Source: Sediminibacterium sp. (GTDB taxonomy: Bacteria; Bacteroidota; Bacteroidia; Chitinophagales; Chitinophagaceae). Taken from it: a stretch of 64,000 nt of DNA. Shown piece by piece: positions 8,741-20,138 of this stretch. The notes beneath the pieces were generated by a model. The model saw nothing but the letters and a program-made list of their open reading frames with translations, was not told the origin of the DNA and ran no database searches. Position numbers and translations under genes: made by a program. Position 1 is the first letter of the stretch. Every line of letters begins with the position of its first letter. The stretch is taken from the NCBI GenBank assembly GCA_044341385.1, contig JBIIRW010000001.1, positions 1,431 through 65,430 of the forward strand, in the 5' to 3' direction.

Positions 8741-10292
8741 TCTATTTTTATTGTTATTTATTCTCCCATTTGCAATCAAAGCACAAACTGATTTCAAGGA
8801 TGATAGTTATATCCTAATAAAAAAATTGTGGGAAGATAGTTCAAGATATGAAGCTATCAAGTTGTATAAAAAGGACAGTATACGAATAAGATGGGTACCC
8901 TTCTTAAATAAATTACAATATGTACAAGCGCATCCTTATAATTGGAATGATGGTGCAATGGTGCCTTCAAAAGGTTGGCAACAATTGATTAGGGCAGGTG
9001 TAAATGCGCAATGGAAATTTGTTGAATTACAAATAGCCCCAGAAATGGTATTAGCACAAAACCAATTGTTTGATGGCTTGCCTTTAGATGCGGACGAGGT
9101 TTTGTGGCGCGATTATTATCGTTTTTATAATTTTATAGAGTTGCCTGAACGCATGGGAGATAAACCCTATAACAAAAGCGCTTGGGGGCAATCTTTTATT
9201 AAGTTACATTATAAAAATTGGCAGGTAGGCATTTCAAATGAAAATAAATGGTGGGGTCCAGCACAACGTAATGCTTTATTGCTTTCAAATACAGCTGCAG
9301 GTTTTCCGCATATTACATTAGGAACTAGCAAACCCGTGAGTTCCAAAATTGGGGAATTTAATATAGAACTAATTGCAGGCAAATTAACAAATGGTGGTTG
9401 GGCGCCGCCTAGTACATTTATGCCCCTGCGTGGAAATCCATTATATGTTCCAAAGGAGAATCACCAACGAATTATTAATGGAATAAACATAAGCTATCAA
9501 CCAAAGTGGGTGCCTAATTTAAATATTGGTTTCGAACAAACCTATATGCAGTATGAAAAGGATATGAACCATTGGACCAGTTATATACCGGGTAAAAATA
9601 TTTTTTACAATATTCCAGATGATGGCTTAAATCAACCAATAATCCTCACGGCATTTTATTTTAATTATTTGATGCCTGAAGCAAACACTACACTATATGG
9701 TGAAGTAGGTTGGAATTTACAAAGAACAAGTTTGAGAAATTGGGTATTGCAACCTGATAAAGGATACGCAAGTACTTGGGGAATTAAAAAAATATTCACC
9801 AATTCCAACAAACATTATTGGGAATTATTAGGGGAACTTACACAGGTACAATTATTAACACGTGCCGAACAATTTAGTAATGGAATACCTACTAGCTGGT
9901 ATTTGGGTGCTAATATAAGACAAGGATATACGCATGACGGACAATTGTTAGGCGCGGGAGTGGGTCCTGGCGGCTCCTCACAAACTGTCGAATTTAATTG
10001 GCGAAAAAATAATAATCGAATAGGCATTACAGGGGAAAGGCGGGTACATAACAATGATTACTATCAATACACTTATGCGCCATCCGGACAGTTTAAACAA
10101 TACTATGTTGATTTTATTACAACGCTTAAAGTTGATTGGCGTATAAAAAAATTTACAATTGGACCTAGGGCAAGTTATATGCAAACTAATAACTACCAAT
10201 GGGAGTGGTTCCCAACTAAAGAAACTGGATGGATACCAGGCCGAGATATACAGCAGTTTATGTTACAGTTAAACTTGCAGTACGATTTATGA
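8709..10292 (+). CDS. Capsule assembly Wzi-like outer-membrane protein (start may be TTG 8727)
   Basis: SNENKWWGP..RNALLLSNTAAGFPH; GYTHDGQLLGAGVGPGGSSQ; C-terminal LNLQYDL. Confidence 0.75.
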   Translation: MYNELGLQRVSLFLLLFILPFAIKAQTDFKDDSYILIKKLWEDSSRYEAIKLYKKDSIRIRWVPFLNKLQYVQAHPYNWNDGAMVPSKGWQQLIRAGVNAQWKFVELQIAPEMVLAQNQLFDGLPLDADEVLWRDYYRFYNFIELPERMGDKPYNKSAWGQSFIKLHYKNWQVGISNENKWWGPAQRNALLLSNTAAGFPHITLGTSKPVSSKIGEFNIELIAGKLTNGGWAPPSTFMPLRGNPLYVPKENHQRIINGINISYQPKWVPNLNIGFEQTYMQYEKDMNHWTSYIPGKNIFYNIPDDGLNQPIILTAFYFNYLMPEANTTLYGEVGWNLQRTSLRNWVLQPDKGYASTWGIKKIFTNSNKHYWELLGELTQVQLLTRAEQFSNGIPTSWYLGANIRQGYTHDGQLLGAGVGPGGSSQTVEFNWRKNNNRIGITGERRVHNNDYYQYTYAPSGQFKQYYVDFITTLKVDWRIKKFTIGPRASYMQTNNYQWEWFPTKETGWIPGRDIQQFMLQLNLQYDL

Positions 10293-10319
10293 TGATTGGT
10301 AAATTTTATCAACAAAAGC

Positions 10320-11252
10320 ATGTCTAAAAAATTAGCCATCATATTAGTGAATTGGAATAGTTATGAATTAACCAATGACACTTTACAATCATTGTATCAA
10401 ACTTCGTTTCAGGACTATGATATTATTTGTGTGGATAATGCTTCAACGGATGAATCTTTAAACCAATTAAGAACCAATCATAACAATGTTATTATTTTAA
10501 CCTGTGATCAAAATACAGGCTTCACGGGCGGTAATAATAAAGGAATGCAATATGCAATACAACAAGGATATGTATATACGCTATTGCTGAATAATGATGT
10601 AGCTGTTGAAAGTGATTTTTTAGAACCATTAATAGGCGCCTTGGATGCAAATAAAAATATGGGAGCTGTACAACCATTAATATATTTTCATCATGACAGA
10701 ACACTAATTTGGAATGCGGGCTCCAGTTTTAATCAATGGTTGGGTATCACAAAAACTATTGGATATAATAAAAAAGATGCGCAACATGTCTATCGAAATC
10801 AAAACCAGGGATATGTTAGCAAAATAGATTGGATTACTGGATGTGCTTTTATGGTGAAAACCGAAGTGCTAAAAAAAGTGGGATTATTATATGATCCATT
10901 TTTTATTTATTATGAGGATGTAGATTTGTCATTTCGGATAAAAAATGCAGGGTATGATTTAGGTTATGCACCAGCATCTGTCATCTATCATATCGCAGGC
11001 ATGTCACATAAATCAACCAAAAAAACTGCAGAAGGGTATGTGAGCCCTAAAGTACATTATTTAAATGCGCGAAATCATATTTGGTTGTTAAAAAAATACA
11101 CGAGTGCCTTACATGCACCTACAGTGATATTGTACCAAAGTTTATATTACTTAAGTGTCACAGCTTATTTTATACTCCGAGGTAGATGGCAAAAAATAAA
11201 AGCATTGTATAAGGGAATTGGCGAAGGCATAAAACTTGGGATACAATCTTAA
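10320..11252 (+). CDS. Glycosyltransferase family 2
   Basis: ILVNWNS, VDNASTD, NTGFTGGNN, LLNNDV, FFIYYEDVDLS; start taken at MSKK. Confidence 0.92.
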   Translation: MSKKLAIILVNWNSYELTNDTLQSLYQTSFQDYDIICVDNASTDESLNQLRTNHNNVIILTCDQNTGFTGGNNKGMQYAIQQGYVYTLLLNNDVAVESDFLEPLIGALDANKNMGAVQPLIYFHHDRTLIWNAGSSFNQWLGITKTIGYNKKDAQHVYRNQNQGYVSKIDWITGCAFMVKTEVLKKVGLLYDPFFIYYEDVDLSFRIKNAGYDLGYAPASVIYHIAGMSHKSTKKTAEGYVSPKVHYLNARNHIWLLKKYTSALHAPTVILYQSLYYLSVTAYFILRGRWQKIKALYKGIGEGIKLGIQS

Positions 11253-11291
11253 TAAATTCAATAAGAAACTTAACATATTAAATTAAAACAA

Positions 11292-12281
11292 TTGAAAAAA
11301 ATTATCATCACAGGCGTTGCGGGTTTATTAGGTTCCCGTATGGCAGAATGGATTTTGGAAAATCATCTAGACATACAAATTATTGGTATCGATGATTTAT
11401 CGGGTGGCTATCAGGAGCATGTACCTGAGGGTGTAGTATTTCACCAATTGGATTTAAGTAAGGATAACATTGATGAATTATTTAAAGAGGTATCGGTTGT
11501 TTATCATTTTGCAGCTTATGCGGCTGAAGGGTTAAGTCCATTCATCCGAAAATTTAATTACAACTGTAACTTGGTGGCTACTGCGAATGTGGTGAATGCT
11601 TGTATTACGCATAATATACAAAGGTTAGTATTCACGTCAAGTATGGCAGTGTATGGCATAGGAACACCGCCGTTTAAAGAAACGGATAAGCCAGCACCGA
11701 TTGATCCATACGGTGTAGCTAAATATGCTTGTGAAATGGATATTCAAATTGCAGGTGAACAACATGGTTTAGACTGGTGTATCATACGACCACATAACGT
11801 ATACGGACGTAATCAAAATATTTGGGACCGCTACCGGAATGTATTAGGTATTTGGATGTATCAATATATTAACGGGTTACCATTTACTATTTTTGGTGAT
11901 GGGTCACAACAACGCGCATTTTCAAGTATTGATGATTGCTTATTACCATTGTGGAAGGCAGGTAATGACGCGAGGGCTTCTAAACAAATCATAAATATTG
12001 GGAGTTGGAAATATTATTCTATCAAGCAAGCGGCGGATGTATTAAAACAAGTGATTGGTTCCGGTGAAATAAAACATGAACAAGCACGACACGAAGTAAA
12101 GGATGCATTACCAGCACATGAGTTAAGTGTGCAATTGTTGGATTACAAGGATACGACCAGTTTAGAAGCTGGATTATCAGACATGTGGCAGTGGGCACAA
12201 CAACAACCCAAACGAGAACAAAAATCATGGGAAACCTATGAGTTGGAAAAAGGCTTATATGGATTTTGGAAAAACAAATAA
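11292..12281 (+). CDS. NAD-dependent epimerase/dehydratase
   Basis: GVAGLLG, FTSSMAVYG, YGVAK. Confidence 0.9.
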   Translation: MKKIIITGVAGLLGSRMAEWILENHLDIQIIGIDDLSGGYQEHVPEGVVFHQLDLSKDNIDELFKEVSVVYHFAAYAAEGLSPFIRKFNYNCNLVATANVVNACITHNIQRLVFTSSMAVYGIGTPPFKETDKPAPIDPYGVAKYACEMDIQIAGEQHGLDWCIIRPHNVYGRNQNIWDRYRNVLGIWMYQYINGLPFTIFGDGSQQRAFSSIDDCLLPLWKAGNDARASKQIINIGSWKYYSIKQAADVLKQVIGSGEIKHEQARHEVKDALPAHELSVQLLDYKDTTSLEAGLSDMWQWAQQQPKREQKSWETYELEKGLYGFWKNK

Positions 12282-12322
12282 GTAATACAAAGAGTGGCCA
12301 GTAATATTATATTGAAATATAA

Positions 12323-14110
12323 GTGAAGCAAAGAAAAAAAGAAATAGATAAAATTTTTATAAAGGCACAAGCAATTATTGTTGCTATTGTTTTTTGCGTA
12401 AGCATTTTCACTTTTCAAAATGCAAAAGCGCAAAGCATTAGTATGGATCAATTGCCGATTGAGGATGCATTAAGGCGTTTACAATTGATGGGGAAAATTG
12501 AATCAGATATTTCATTTATGTCACGTCCGTTGCAACCCACCAAAATAGGTGCATGGGATAGCGCTTTGAAATGGTTAGACCCAGTGTATTTTAAAAAAGG
12601 ATTACACCCCATTGGTAAAAAGTTTTTAGGCAATACATTTTATGCTACTATATTACCATTGCAAGTAACAGGGCAGTATGTAACGGAACATCCTTTTCAG
12701 GAATTGGATGGCCCCATGGTTGCAAGTAGTGGAAGGCAAACTTATATCAGTGGTGGCGTATATGTAAAACTAGGTCCTTTAACCATCCAATACCAACCGC
12801 AGTTTGTATGGGCCGAAAATAAAAACTATCGCGGCACCCTGCAAACGCCTAATTATAATTTCCCCGATAGCTATAGCTATGATCATTTTAAAAATAACTT
12901 AGTTTTTAATGGAATATTTGATGATCCCTTTTTGAAGAGTAATTTATTGGGTAATTCAAGTATACGCTTAAATGCGGGCCCGGTAAGTGTTGGGGTGAGT
13001 TCCGAAAATTTAACCTGGGGCCCTTCAATTATGAATCCATTAATTATGAGTTCGCACCCTGGAGGCTTTATGCATTTAAGCTTTAATAGTCGCCGACCAT
13101 GGCGTACTAAAATAGGAAGTTTTGAATGGCAGTGGGTGGCCGCGTATTTGGAGGAAATAAATCCAGCGTATCGCGGATTGGCCGAAAACTATTTAGGCTA
13201 TGGTCCAGATCAATCCAAGGATGAAAAAAGATATTTTAATGGTGCCATGTTAAGCTATCAACCCAAATGGATCAAGGGATTAAGTATGGGGTTAACTAGA
13301 GTTGCACAAGAACCTGAATTACTTTTATGGGATTATAGTACTGATCCATTAGCATCCGCACCCAATTGGAATTTAATTTTTCGAAATGCAGCAAGACAAG
13401 GGGACGGAGACACATACAGTAACTGGCTACTATATCCTGTAGAAGAAAGTATTGATCAATACGCTGGTGCTTTTTTACGATGGGTTTGGGAACCATCGCA
13501 TGCTGAATTTTATACGGAATGGTCCCGCAACGATGCATTTTACAATTTGCGCGATTTTATACAGAATCCGGAACATTCCAGGGCCTATACTTATGGTTTT
13601 CGAAAATTATTTAATTATAATGAACAACAGCCTTTAAAGTATTGGCAGTTGATGAGCGAGTATACCCGTATTCAACAAGCATCAAATTTCCCAGTACGAA
13701 GTGCAGGTACCTGGTATGTACATGGAGGATATCGTCCATCTGGTTATAACAATTTAGGCCAAAATTTAGGGGCACCCATTGGATCAGGTGGAAATTACTT
13801 TATGATGCGTGTAAGTAAATTTGAAGGTATGAAGCAGTTAGCTATCCAATTGGAAAGCACCACTAAAAATACCGATGATTATGAAGCTAGATTTGCTTTT
13901 CAAAATCCGAGCAAAACAAAATGGGTGGATATGGGCTTTAGAATATTGTATGATCATCCTTACAAACATTTTTTATTATCGGCTAGCTTGATTGGGAAGC
14001 GTTCGTTTAATTATAATTTTTCACAACCGGCAACGGCTTCCGGATTCGGCTTTGAGAATCCCAATGATGTAGATAGTTTTTTATTAAAAATTGGCATACG
14101 CTATTTATAG
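12323..14110 (+). CDS. Capsule assembly Wzi-like outer-membrane protein (second)
   Basis: SSENLTWGP...PLIMSSHPGGFMH; GYNNLGQNLGAPIGSGGN; paralogous to 8709. Confidence 0.75.
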   Translation: MKQRKKEIDKIFIKAQAIIVAIVFCVSIFTFQNAKAQSISMDQLPIEDALRRLQLMGKIESDISFMSRPLQPTKIGAWDSALKWLDPVYFKKGLHPIGKKFLGNTFYATILPLQVTGQYVTEHPFQELDGPMVASSGRQTYISGGVYVKLGPLTIQYQPQFVWAENKNYRGTLQTPNYNFPDSYSYDHFKNNLVFNGIFDDPFLKSNLLGNSSIRLNAGPVSVGVSSENLTWGPSIMNPLIMSSHPGGFMHLSFNSRRPWRTKIGSFEWQWVAAYLEEINPAYRGLAENYLGYGPDQSKDEKRYFNGAMLSYQPKWIKGLSMGLTRVAQEPELLLWDYSTDPLASAPNWNLIFRNAARQGDGDTYSNWLLYPVEESIDQYAGAFLRWVWEPSHAEFYTEWSRNDAFYNLRDFIQNPEHSRAYTYGFRKLFNYNEQQPLKYWQLMSEYTRIQQASNFPVRSAGTWYVHGGYRPSGYNNLGQNLGAPIGSGGNYFMMRVSKFEGMKQLAIQLESTTKNTDDYEARFAFQNPSKTKWVDMGFRILYDHPYKHFLLSASLIGKRSFNYNFSQPATASGFGFENPNDVDSFLLKIGIRYL

Positions 14111-14115
14111 TTTTT

Positions 14116-15492
14116 ATGTTTTTATTTCCACTCGCTTATTTAGGTTCTTTTTTTTATGCATTAACACAAATGTTTAAAAAGCAAATCGAAGGCTTTTTAA
14201 TTTTTGTTATTGTTGGCCTGCCTATTTATATCAACGCGATGTCGGTTAGTTTTATGTATGGGTTTGGTAGGTGGATACCCTTATTACAATCTTTTAAGGA
14301 AGTGGCCGTATTGTCGGCTTGTTTATTAGTGGCAACACAAATAAAACAAAAGCCAGTATTGCATATTATTGATAAATTAATTATTGGTTTTTTTGTATAT
14401 ACTTTATTGTATGTCATTGTCCCCATTGGGTCCTATACTATAATAGCCAAATTGATGGCGTTAAAAAACTTATCCTTTTTTTGTATATTGTACTTTATAG
14501 GAAGGCTTTGTGATAAGGATCAAGTGAATATTAATAAATTATTTTCATTTATTGTTACGGTAATGTTGGTTGCCGCCATGGTTGTTTTTGGCGAACGAAT
14601 ATTAAATCAGCACCTGCAGAGTTTTACTGGTTTTAGTGATTATAACTTTTATTTTTTTAATACCGAGGCTTCAGGTAATTATGGATTGTTGTGGACCTTT
14701 GAAACAGAATCCACCGCAAAAAGGTTTGGAAGTATTTTTGCGAATCCATTGGAATTTGCTTCTGCGATTGTAATGTGCTTAGCTATTATGCTGGCTTTAA
14801 TAAGTTCAAAGAATAATAACGAAATAAATAAGCAAGCACAAATAAAGATCAACACATTAGTGTCAATTGGCTTAATTGCTAGTTTTATATGTATTGTTTT
14901 AGCCTTGTCAAGAGCCGCCTTTATAAGCTATTTTTTAGTTATCTATATTTATGGTTGGATTATAGGAAATAAAAAAATTGTACATTTTTTTCATATCATA
15001 GTTGCCATCATTGTATTGTATGTCATTTATATATTGGAAGGTGACTTGTATGATTTTATACTGAATACTATTACATTTCAAAATGAGTCAAGTTTAGGCC
15101 ATGTATTAGAATGGTTGGATGGATTAAACGCCATGGCAACACAACCCTGGGGCTTGGGCTTGGGTGAATCGGGTAGGGTATCTATGACGAATCAAAATAA
15201 TATTGGCGGTGAAAATCAATTCATAATTATTGGCGTACAGGCAGGTGTATTAGCGATGGCGTTGTATATATACATCTATTTTAAATTAATTAAAACTGGA
15301 TTGCAGCAATTAAAAATCACAGCCGGAAAGGAATGGAAAATAATGTTAGCAATTGTACTTATCAAAATTGGCATGTTTGTACCAATGTTTACTGCTTACG
15401 TTGATTCTTATATGTACTTAAGTTATTTCTCCTGGTTTTTGTCAGGCTACATGATTAATCACATACAAAACAGGCAAGTGATTAAGGCATGA
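14116..15492 (+). CDS. O-antigen ligase / Wzy polymerase family membrane protein
   Basis: Multi-TM; RFGSIFANPLEFA, LSRAA, PWGLGLG. Confidence 0.75.
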   Translation: MFLFPLAYLGSFFYALTQMFKKQIEGFLIFVIVGLPIYINAMSVSFMYGFGRWIPLLQSFKEVAVLSACLLVATQIKQKPVLHIIDKLIIGFFVYTLLYVIVPIGSYTIIAKLMALKNLSFFCILYFIGRLCDKDQVNINKLFSFIVTVMLVAAMVVFGERILNQHLQSFTGFSDYNFYFFNTEASGNYGLLWTFETESTAKRFGSIFANPLEFASAIVMCLAIMLALISSKNNNEINKQAQIKINTLVSIGLIASFICIVLALSRAAFISYFLVIYIYGWIIGNKKIVHFFHIIVAIIVLYVIYILEGDLYDFILNTITFQNESSLGHVLEWLDGLNAMATQPWGLGLGESGRVSMTNQNNIGGENQFIIIGVQAGVLAMALYIYIYFKLIKTGLQQLKITAGKEWKIMLAIVLIKIGMFVPMFTAYVDSYMYLSYFSWFLSGYMINHIQNRQVIKA

Positions 15493-16622
15493 GTAAGGAA
15501 TTAATAAAAGTAGCAGTGGATGTTCGCGATTTACAAATCGCAGCCTCTGGTGCGCGTAGTTATTTAGAAAGCTTGATCATTGAATTTAAAAAGGAGCATG
15601 CATGTTTTAGGTTTTATTTTTTAGATTCGAATACTAAGGCATACACAGGAAACCACTTTTTGTTAAAATTAAAAGAGCAGCTCAATTATTTTTTATGGAA
15701 ACAAATCATGTTGCCTTATCAATCCAAACAACTAGGTTGTTCCGTTTTATTTTGTTCTGATTTTATGGTACCGTATTTTTCATTGGGTATCAAAACCATC
15801 CCTGTATTCCACGATGCTTTTTTTTGGGAGTATCCAGAACATTATAATAAGTATTGGTTAGTATTTTTTAGGAATTTAGGACTCGCCGCAGCAAAAAAGT
15901 CAGCATACCTAGTTGCACCTACACAATATGCCGCCAATCAATTGTCAAAATACACAGGCCTATCGCAAGCTAAAATTGCGGTGATTGGGGAGGCGCCCAA
16001 AACAATATTGGATAAAATTAAGGAGGGCGACGTTTCCCAAAACATACAAGCTATTTTAAGTTCGTCGTATATTTTACATGTGGGTACTTTAGAAAAACGA
16101 AAAAACATACCAGCGCTAATTCGTGCTTTTAAAATAGTAAAATCGAATGGCTTCCCAAATTTAAAATTGGTGTTGGTGGGAAAAGCCTCTAATAAAATAA
16201 CATTGAACGATAGTTTGGCAATTAGGGATGTAATCAATCAGGAGCAACTATCAGCGGATGTAATTTTAACCGGTTACTTACATGATAAGCATGTACAACA
16301 ACTGTATGAAAATGCTAAACTGTATGTATTCCCCTCCATCAACGAGGGATTTGGGATACCAGTATTAGAAGCCTTTAAACATAATGTGCCAGTAGTGATT
16401 GCAAACAATACTTGTTTACCCGAAGTGGCTGGTTTAGGGGCTAAAAGCTTTAATCCATATGATATCACTGAAATTGCGCAAACAATTACACTATTGTTGA
16501 ATGATCAAACCATGCGCCAATCTTATATTGAAAAAGGAAAGGAGCAACTACAAAAATTTTCTTGGGAAAAAACAGCCGATTCATTAATGCAACTATTTAA
16601 AAAAGCAGTAGTAGATTCATGA
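15489..16622 (+). CDS. Glycosyltransferase family 4
   Basis: VGTLEKRKN, FPSINEGFGIPVLEA. Confidence 0.92.
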   Translation: MSKELIKVAVDVRDLQIAASGARSYLESLIIEFKKEHACFRFYFLDSNTKAYTGNHFLLKLKEQLNYFLWKQIMLPYQSKQLGCSVLFCSDFMVPYFSLGIKTIPVFHDAFFWEYPEHYNKYWLVFFRNLGLAAAKKSAYLVAPTQYAANQLSKYTGLSQAKIAVIGEAPKTILDKIKEGDVSQNIQAILSSSYILHVGTLEKRKNIPALIRAFKIVKSNGFPNLKLVLVGKASNKITLNDSLAIRDVINQEQLSADVILTGYLHDKHVQQLYENAKLYVFPSINEGFGIPVLEAFKHNVPVVIANNTCLPEVAGLGAKSFNPYDITEIAQTITLLLNDQTMRQSYIEKGKEQLQKFSWEKTADSLMQLFKKAVVDS

Positions 16623-17287
16623 GTATATTTAAATTTTTAGTGGATCATAATAAAAAAGGTTCATTTGTAAATCAGTTTCGACAAAAGCGGTTTGACATTT
16701 TAAAAAATCGGATTGAAAAATTAATACAAAAGGATTATTTTAAAATATTAGATATTGGCGGAGATATTCAATATTGGAAAAATATTGGCTGGCAGCATCC
16801 ATCATGCCAAATTCATTTATTGAATTTATACACCAGTGAAATACCACAAAGCGATGTAAATAAATTTTCTAGTAGTGTGGGTAATGGATTAGCATTGGAA
16901 TATAAAAAAGGGGATGTGGATTTGATTTTTTCAAATTCAGTGATTGAACATGTAGGTAGTTATGAAAATCAGCAAATATTTGCGAATGAAGTAAGGCGTG
17001 TTTCAGATAAGTATATTATACAAACCCCTTCCCTGTGGTTCCCATTAGAGCCGCATAGTTTGTTACCCTTATTCCAGTTTTTACCGCATTCATTTAGGGC
17101 GTTATTGATCATGACTTTTAATATTAACTATTTTCCAAAGGCTACAACTTATAAAGCAGCAATAATAGTTTCACACTCCACTTTAATGTTTACGCATAAA
17201 CGCTTTAAACAGCTTTTCCCAGATGCCGAAATTCAAGTGGAAAGGTTTTTAGGTATACCTAAATCGTATACGGCTATAAAATTATAG
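16619..17287 (+). CDS. Class I SAM-dependent methyltransferase
   Basis: ILDIGG, DLIFSNSVIEHVG, QTP..WFPLEPH. Confidence 0.85.
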   Translation: MSIFKFLVDHNKKGSFVNQFRQKRFDILKNRIEKLIQKDYFKILDIGGDIQYWKNIGWQHPSCQIHLLNLYTSEIPQSDVNKFSSSVGNGLALEYKKGDVDLIFSNSVIEHVGSYENQQIFANEVRRVSDKYIIQTPSLWFPLEPHSLLPLFQFLPHSFRALLIMTFNINYFPKATTYKAAIIVSHSTLMFTHKRFKQLFPDAEIQVERFLGIPKSYTAIKL

Positions 17288-17289
17288 TA

Positions 17290-18243
17290 TTATTTAATTT
17301 TTCTTAGCCATATGGAGGCAGGCTGATCCTGCTCCGATAAATTAGTCAATGATTGCTGAACAGCCTTAAAATGAGTGGTTTTAAGATGGTTTAAGGAATA
17401 AATAATCTCAAAACTATCATTATAGTATAAAAAAGCTTCTAATAGGTATTGTTCATTCCAAAGGCGAAGGTCCTTTTGTAACCAGTCGGCACGATAATGT
17501 CTGGGTGAAAAAATATCATGAATATGAATAATGACTCCTTTATTTAAGGCAGGTAAAATTTCAAGGTATTCAAATAATACATCGTTTTCGGGGCGGATAA
17601 TATGAGAGGAATCAACAAATAGAATATCATTTTCCTGTAATTGTTTAAAAAAATCAACAGAAATATTTTCCACTTTTTCACGACGCAAGTGAATGTTTTT
17701 AGTAGTATCCAGCCATGTTATTTCATAAGGTTCGATACAGGTGAGAGAAGTAATTGCACCTGCTTCCTTATTTTTTTCAATGGCAAGTAAGCAAACCATG
17801 GTTGAAAATCCGGATCCGATTTCGATAATATTTTTTGGTTGCAGGTTACGCACCATTAAATAATATAAATCAGCATCACCGGGGCCATAGGCGGGGTTGT
17901 TAATATAAAAATCGCCTTGGTAAGGATCGCCTTCTTTTTTAAATTTAAGTTCTTCAGTAAAACTGAGTCGCGCTAATTCCACTAATTGCTTGTCAAGATT
18001 AAAGTTTAAATGAAGATTACGAATTTTATTAGCATCAAAACTATTTGAATATACAAATTGTGGGTTATAATAATGGTCCTGCATTGGGAAGATACCGGTT
18101 TTGACAAAGGCCTTCACTTGTAAAGGAAAATTAATGATCCCATATTTTTTTACTAATTTATATATGGGCAACAAAAGATAAGTCAAAGGAAGTAGGACTA
18201 TATCTAATACTTTAATAAATATATATTTAACTTTTTCTTTCAT
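17290..18243 (-). CDS. Class I SAM-dependent methyltransferase (Methyltransf_24-like), antisense to the cluster
   Basis: IIEIGSGFST, CIEPY, LFVDSSH, IHIHDIF, WNEQYLLEAFL. Confidence 0.88.
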   Translation of the reverse strand: MKEKVKYIFIKVLDIVLLPLTYLLLPIYKLVKKYGIINFPLQVKAFVKTGIFPMQDHYYNPQFVYSNSFDANKIRNLHLNFNLDKQLVELARLSFTEELKFKKEGDPYQGDFYINNPAYGPGDADLYYLMVRNLQPKNIIEIGSGFSTMVCLLAIEKNKEAGAITSLTCIEPYEITWLDTTKNIHLRREKVENISVDFFKQLQENDILFVDSSHIIRPENDVLFEYLEILPALNKGVIIHIHDIFSPRHYRADWLQKDLRLWNEQYLLEAFLYYNDSFEIIYSLNHLKTTHFKAVQQSLTNLSEQDQPASIWLRKIK

Positions 18244-18305
18244 TTTATATTGGATGCCACAATTTACTTCATATTCTATTACCTTAAAAGTATTTTTACA
18301 ATAGC

Positions 18306-18977
18306 ATGAATAATCAATTAAAAAATAGATTTCAAGAGGGATGGAGCTATCAAAATAAACTCATCACCTATTATTATTTAATTTTCTTTTTTCTAAGGGG
18401 ATTGAAAACACGCTTTTGGATTAAGTCAGCCAAAGGGTTATTATTGGTTGGTAAAAATGTGCGCTTATTTTATCCTAAAAATTTACAAGTAGGCTATAAT
18501 ACCATTATCGAAGATGGTGCCGAAATTAATTGCTTGTCCCAACAAGGTATTAAATTGGGGAATAGAGTTACAATAGGAAAATATGCCATCATAAGGCCAT
18601 CCAATATATATGGTGGGCCTATTGGCGAGGGTTTAACTATGGGGGATAATTCAAATATTGGGCCCTATAATTACATCGGCTGCTCAGGAAAAATTACCAT
18701 TGGCAATAATGTGATGTTAGCACCTAGGGTAAGTATCTATGCCGAAAACCATGTGTTTGATCATCCAGAACTATTAATCAGAGATCAGGGCGTTGAAAAA
18801 AAAGAGGTTATAATCGAGGATGATTGTTGGATAGCGGCAAATAGCATCATTTTAGCAGGGGTAACTATTGGTCAAGGAAGTGTAGTGGCAGCAGGGTCAG
18901 TGGTAACGGAAAATGTGCCAGCTTATAGTGTAGTGGCAGGAGTTCCTGCAAAGTTTATTAAATCAAGAAAGCCCTAA
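18306..18977 (+). CDS. Hexapeptide-repeat acyltransferase
   Basis: [31 protein letters not shown]...GVPAK. Confidence 0.92.
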   Translation: MNNQLKNRFQEGWSYQNKLITYYYLIFFFLRGLKTRFWIKSAKGLLLVGKNVRLFYPKNLQVGYNTIIEDGAEINCLSQQGIKLGNRVTIGKYAIIRPSNIYGGPIGEGLTMGDNSNIGPYNYIGCSGKITIGNNVMLAPRVSIYAENHVFDHPELLIRDQGVEKKEVIIEDDCWIAANSIILAGVTIGQGSVVAAGSVVTENVPAYSVVAGVPAKFIKSRKP

Positions 18978-18986
18978 CATTGCTAA

Positions 18987-20138
18987 ATGCGCATTTTACT
19001 TTTACATAGTTCTTCGGATTTATATGGCGCTAGTAAAATATTTTTACAAACAGTACAAATATTAAATGGGCAAGGGCATACTTGTCATGTAGTAGTTTCA
19101 TCTGCAGGCCCATTGGTTGATAAATTAAAACAGGACAGTGTCCCAGTAACTGTAATAAATCTTGGCATAATAAGAAGAAAATATTTCACTCCATTTGGTA
19201 TTTTAAATAGAATCAATAAATGGCAAAAAGCGAATACCTTTTTAAATAAATATATACAGCAAAATAATATTGAATTAGTTTACGCCAATACCACAGCAGT
19301 TATACTTGGGGCCTATTTAGCTCATAAAAATAAAATCAAACATGTTTGGCATGTACATGAAATTATAGGGAAGCCTAAATTTTTATTCTTTGCCATTCAA
19401 TGGATCATGAAGCGTTATACTTCAACAATCATTTGTGTTTCAAAAGCAGTGCAGGATCATTGGAGTAAAAATACCCCATCATTACGCTCTAAAATGCAAG
19501 TCATATATAACGGGATTGCGCCCATTGAAAAATCAACTGAAGCAAATTTTAGAACAAAATATCAAATCCCAGAGGAAACTATTGTGATTGGAATGGCCGG
19601 TCGGGTACACTATTGGAAAGGGCAACAATATTTTTTACAAATCGCACAGCAATTATTAAATCAATATTCATATAGCAATAAAGCAACACCTTTGTATTTT
19701 ATCATTACTGGAGATGCATTTCCGGGTTATGAATATTTGGTTGATGAGATGCAAGATTTCATCAAAAAGAATAATCTGGGCGAACGAATTTTTTATACCG
19801 GATTTGAGGATAAGATGGATAAATTTTACTCTTCTATTGATTTACTCATTCTTCCCTCCCAATTACCTGATCCATTACCTACGGTTGTATTAGAAGCAAT
19901 GCAGTATGGAGTTCCTGTTGCAGCCACTGAACAAGGAGGGGCGCTAGAAATGATTGCAGAAAATGAAACTGGTATTTTCATCCCAATCAACAATGTTCAA
20001 GTTGCAGTCGATAAAATATTTGAATTAATTCAAAGTAATAATTACAATAACCTCCATGCGCATTCAATAAAAAGAGTGCAAACCTATTTTAGTATGAAGT
20101 CCTTTGAAAACCAAATTGGGAAAATAATTTATTCATGA
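18987..20138 (+). CDS. Glycosyltransferase family 4
   Basis: DLYGASK, WHVHEI, WKGQ, PDPLPTVVLEAM. Confidence 0.9.
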   Translation: MRILLLHSSSDLYGASKIFLQTVQILNGQGHTCHVVVSSAGPLVDKLKQDSVPVTVINLGIIRRKYFTPFGILNRINKWQKANTFLNKYIQQNNIELVYANTTAVILGAYLAHKNKIKHVWHVHEIIGKPKFLFFAIQWIMKRYTSTIICVSKAVQDHWSKNTPSLRSKMQVIYNGIAPIEKSTEANFRTKYQIPEETIVIGMAGRVHYWKGQQYFLQIAQQLLNQYSYSNKATPLYFIITGDAFPGYEYLVDEMQDFIKKNNLGERIFYTGFEDKMDKFYSSIDLLILPSQLPDPLPTVVLEAMQYGVPVAATEQGGALEMIAENETGIFIPINNVQVAVDKIFELIQSNNYNNLHAHSIKRVQTYFSMKSFENQIGKIIYS

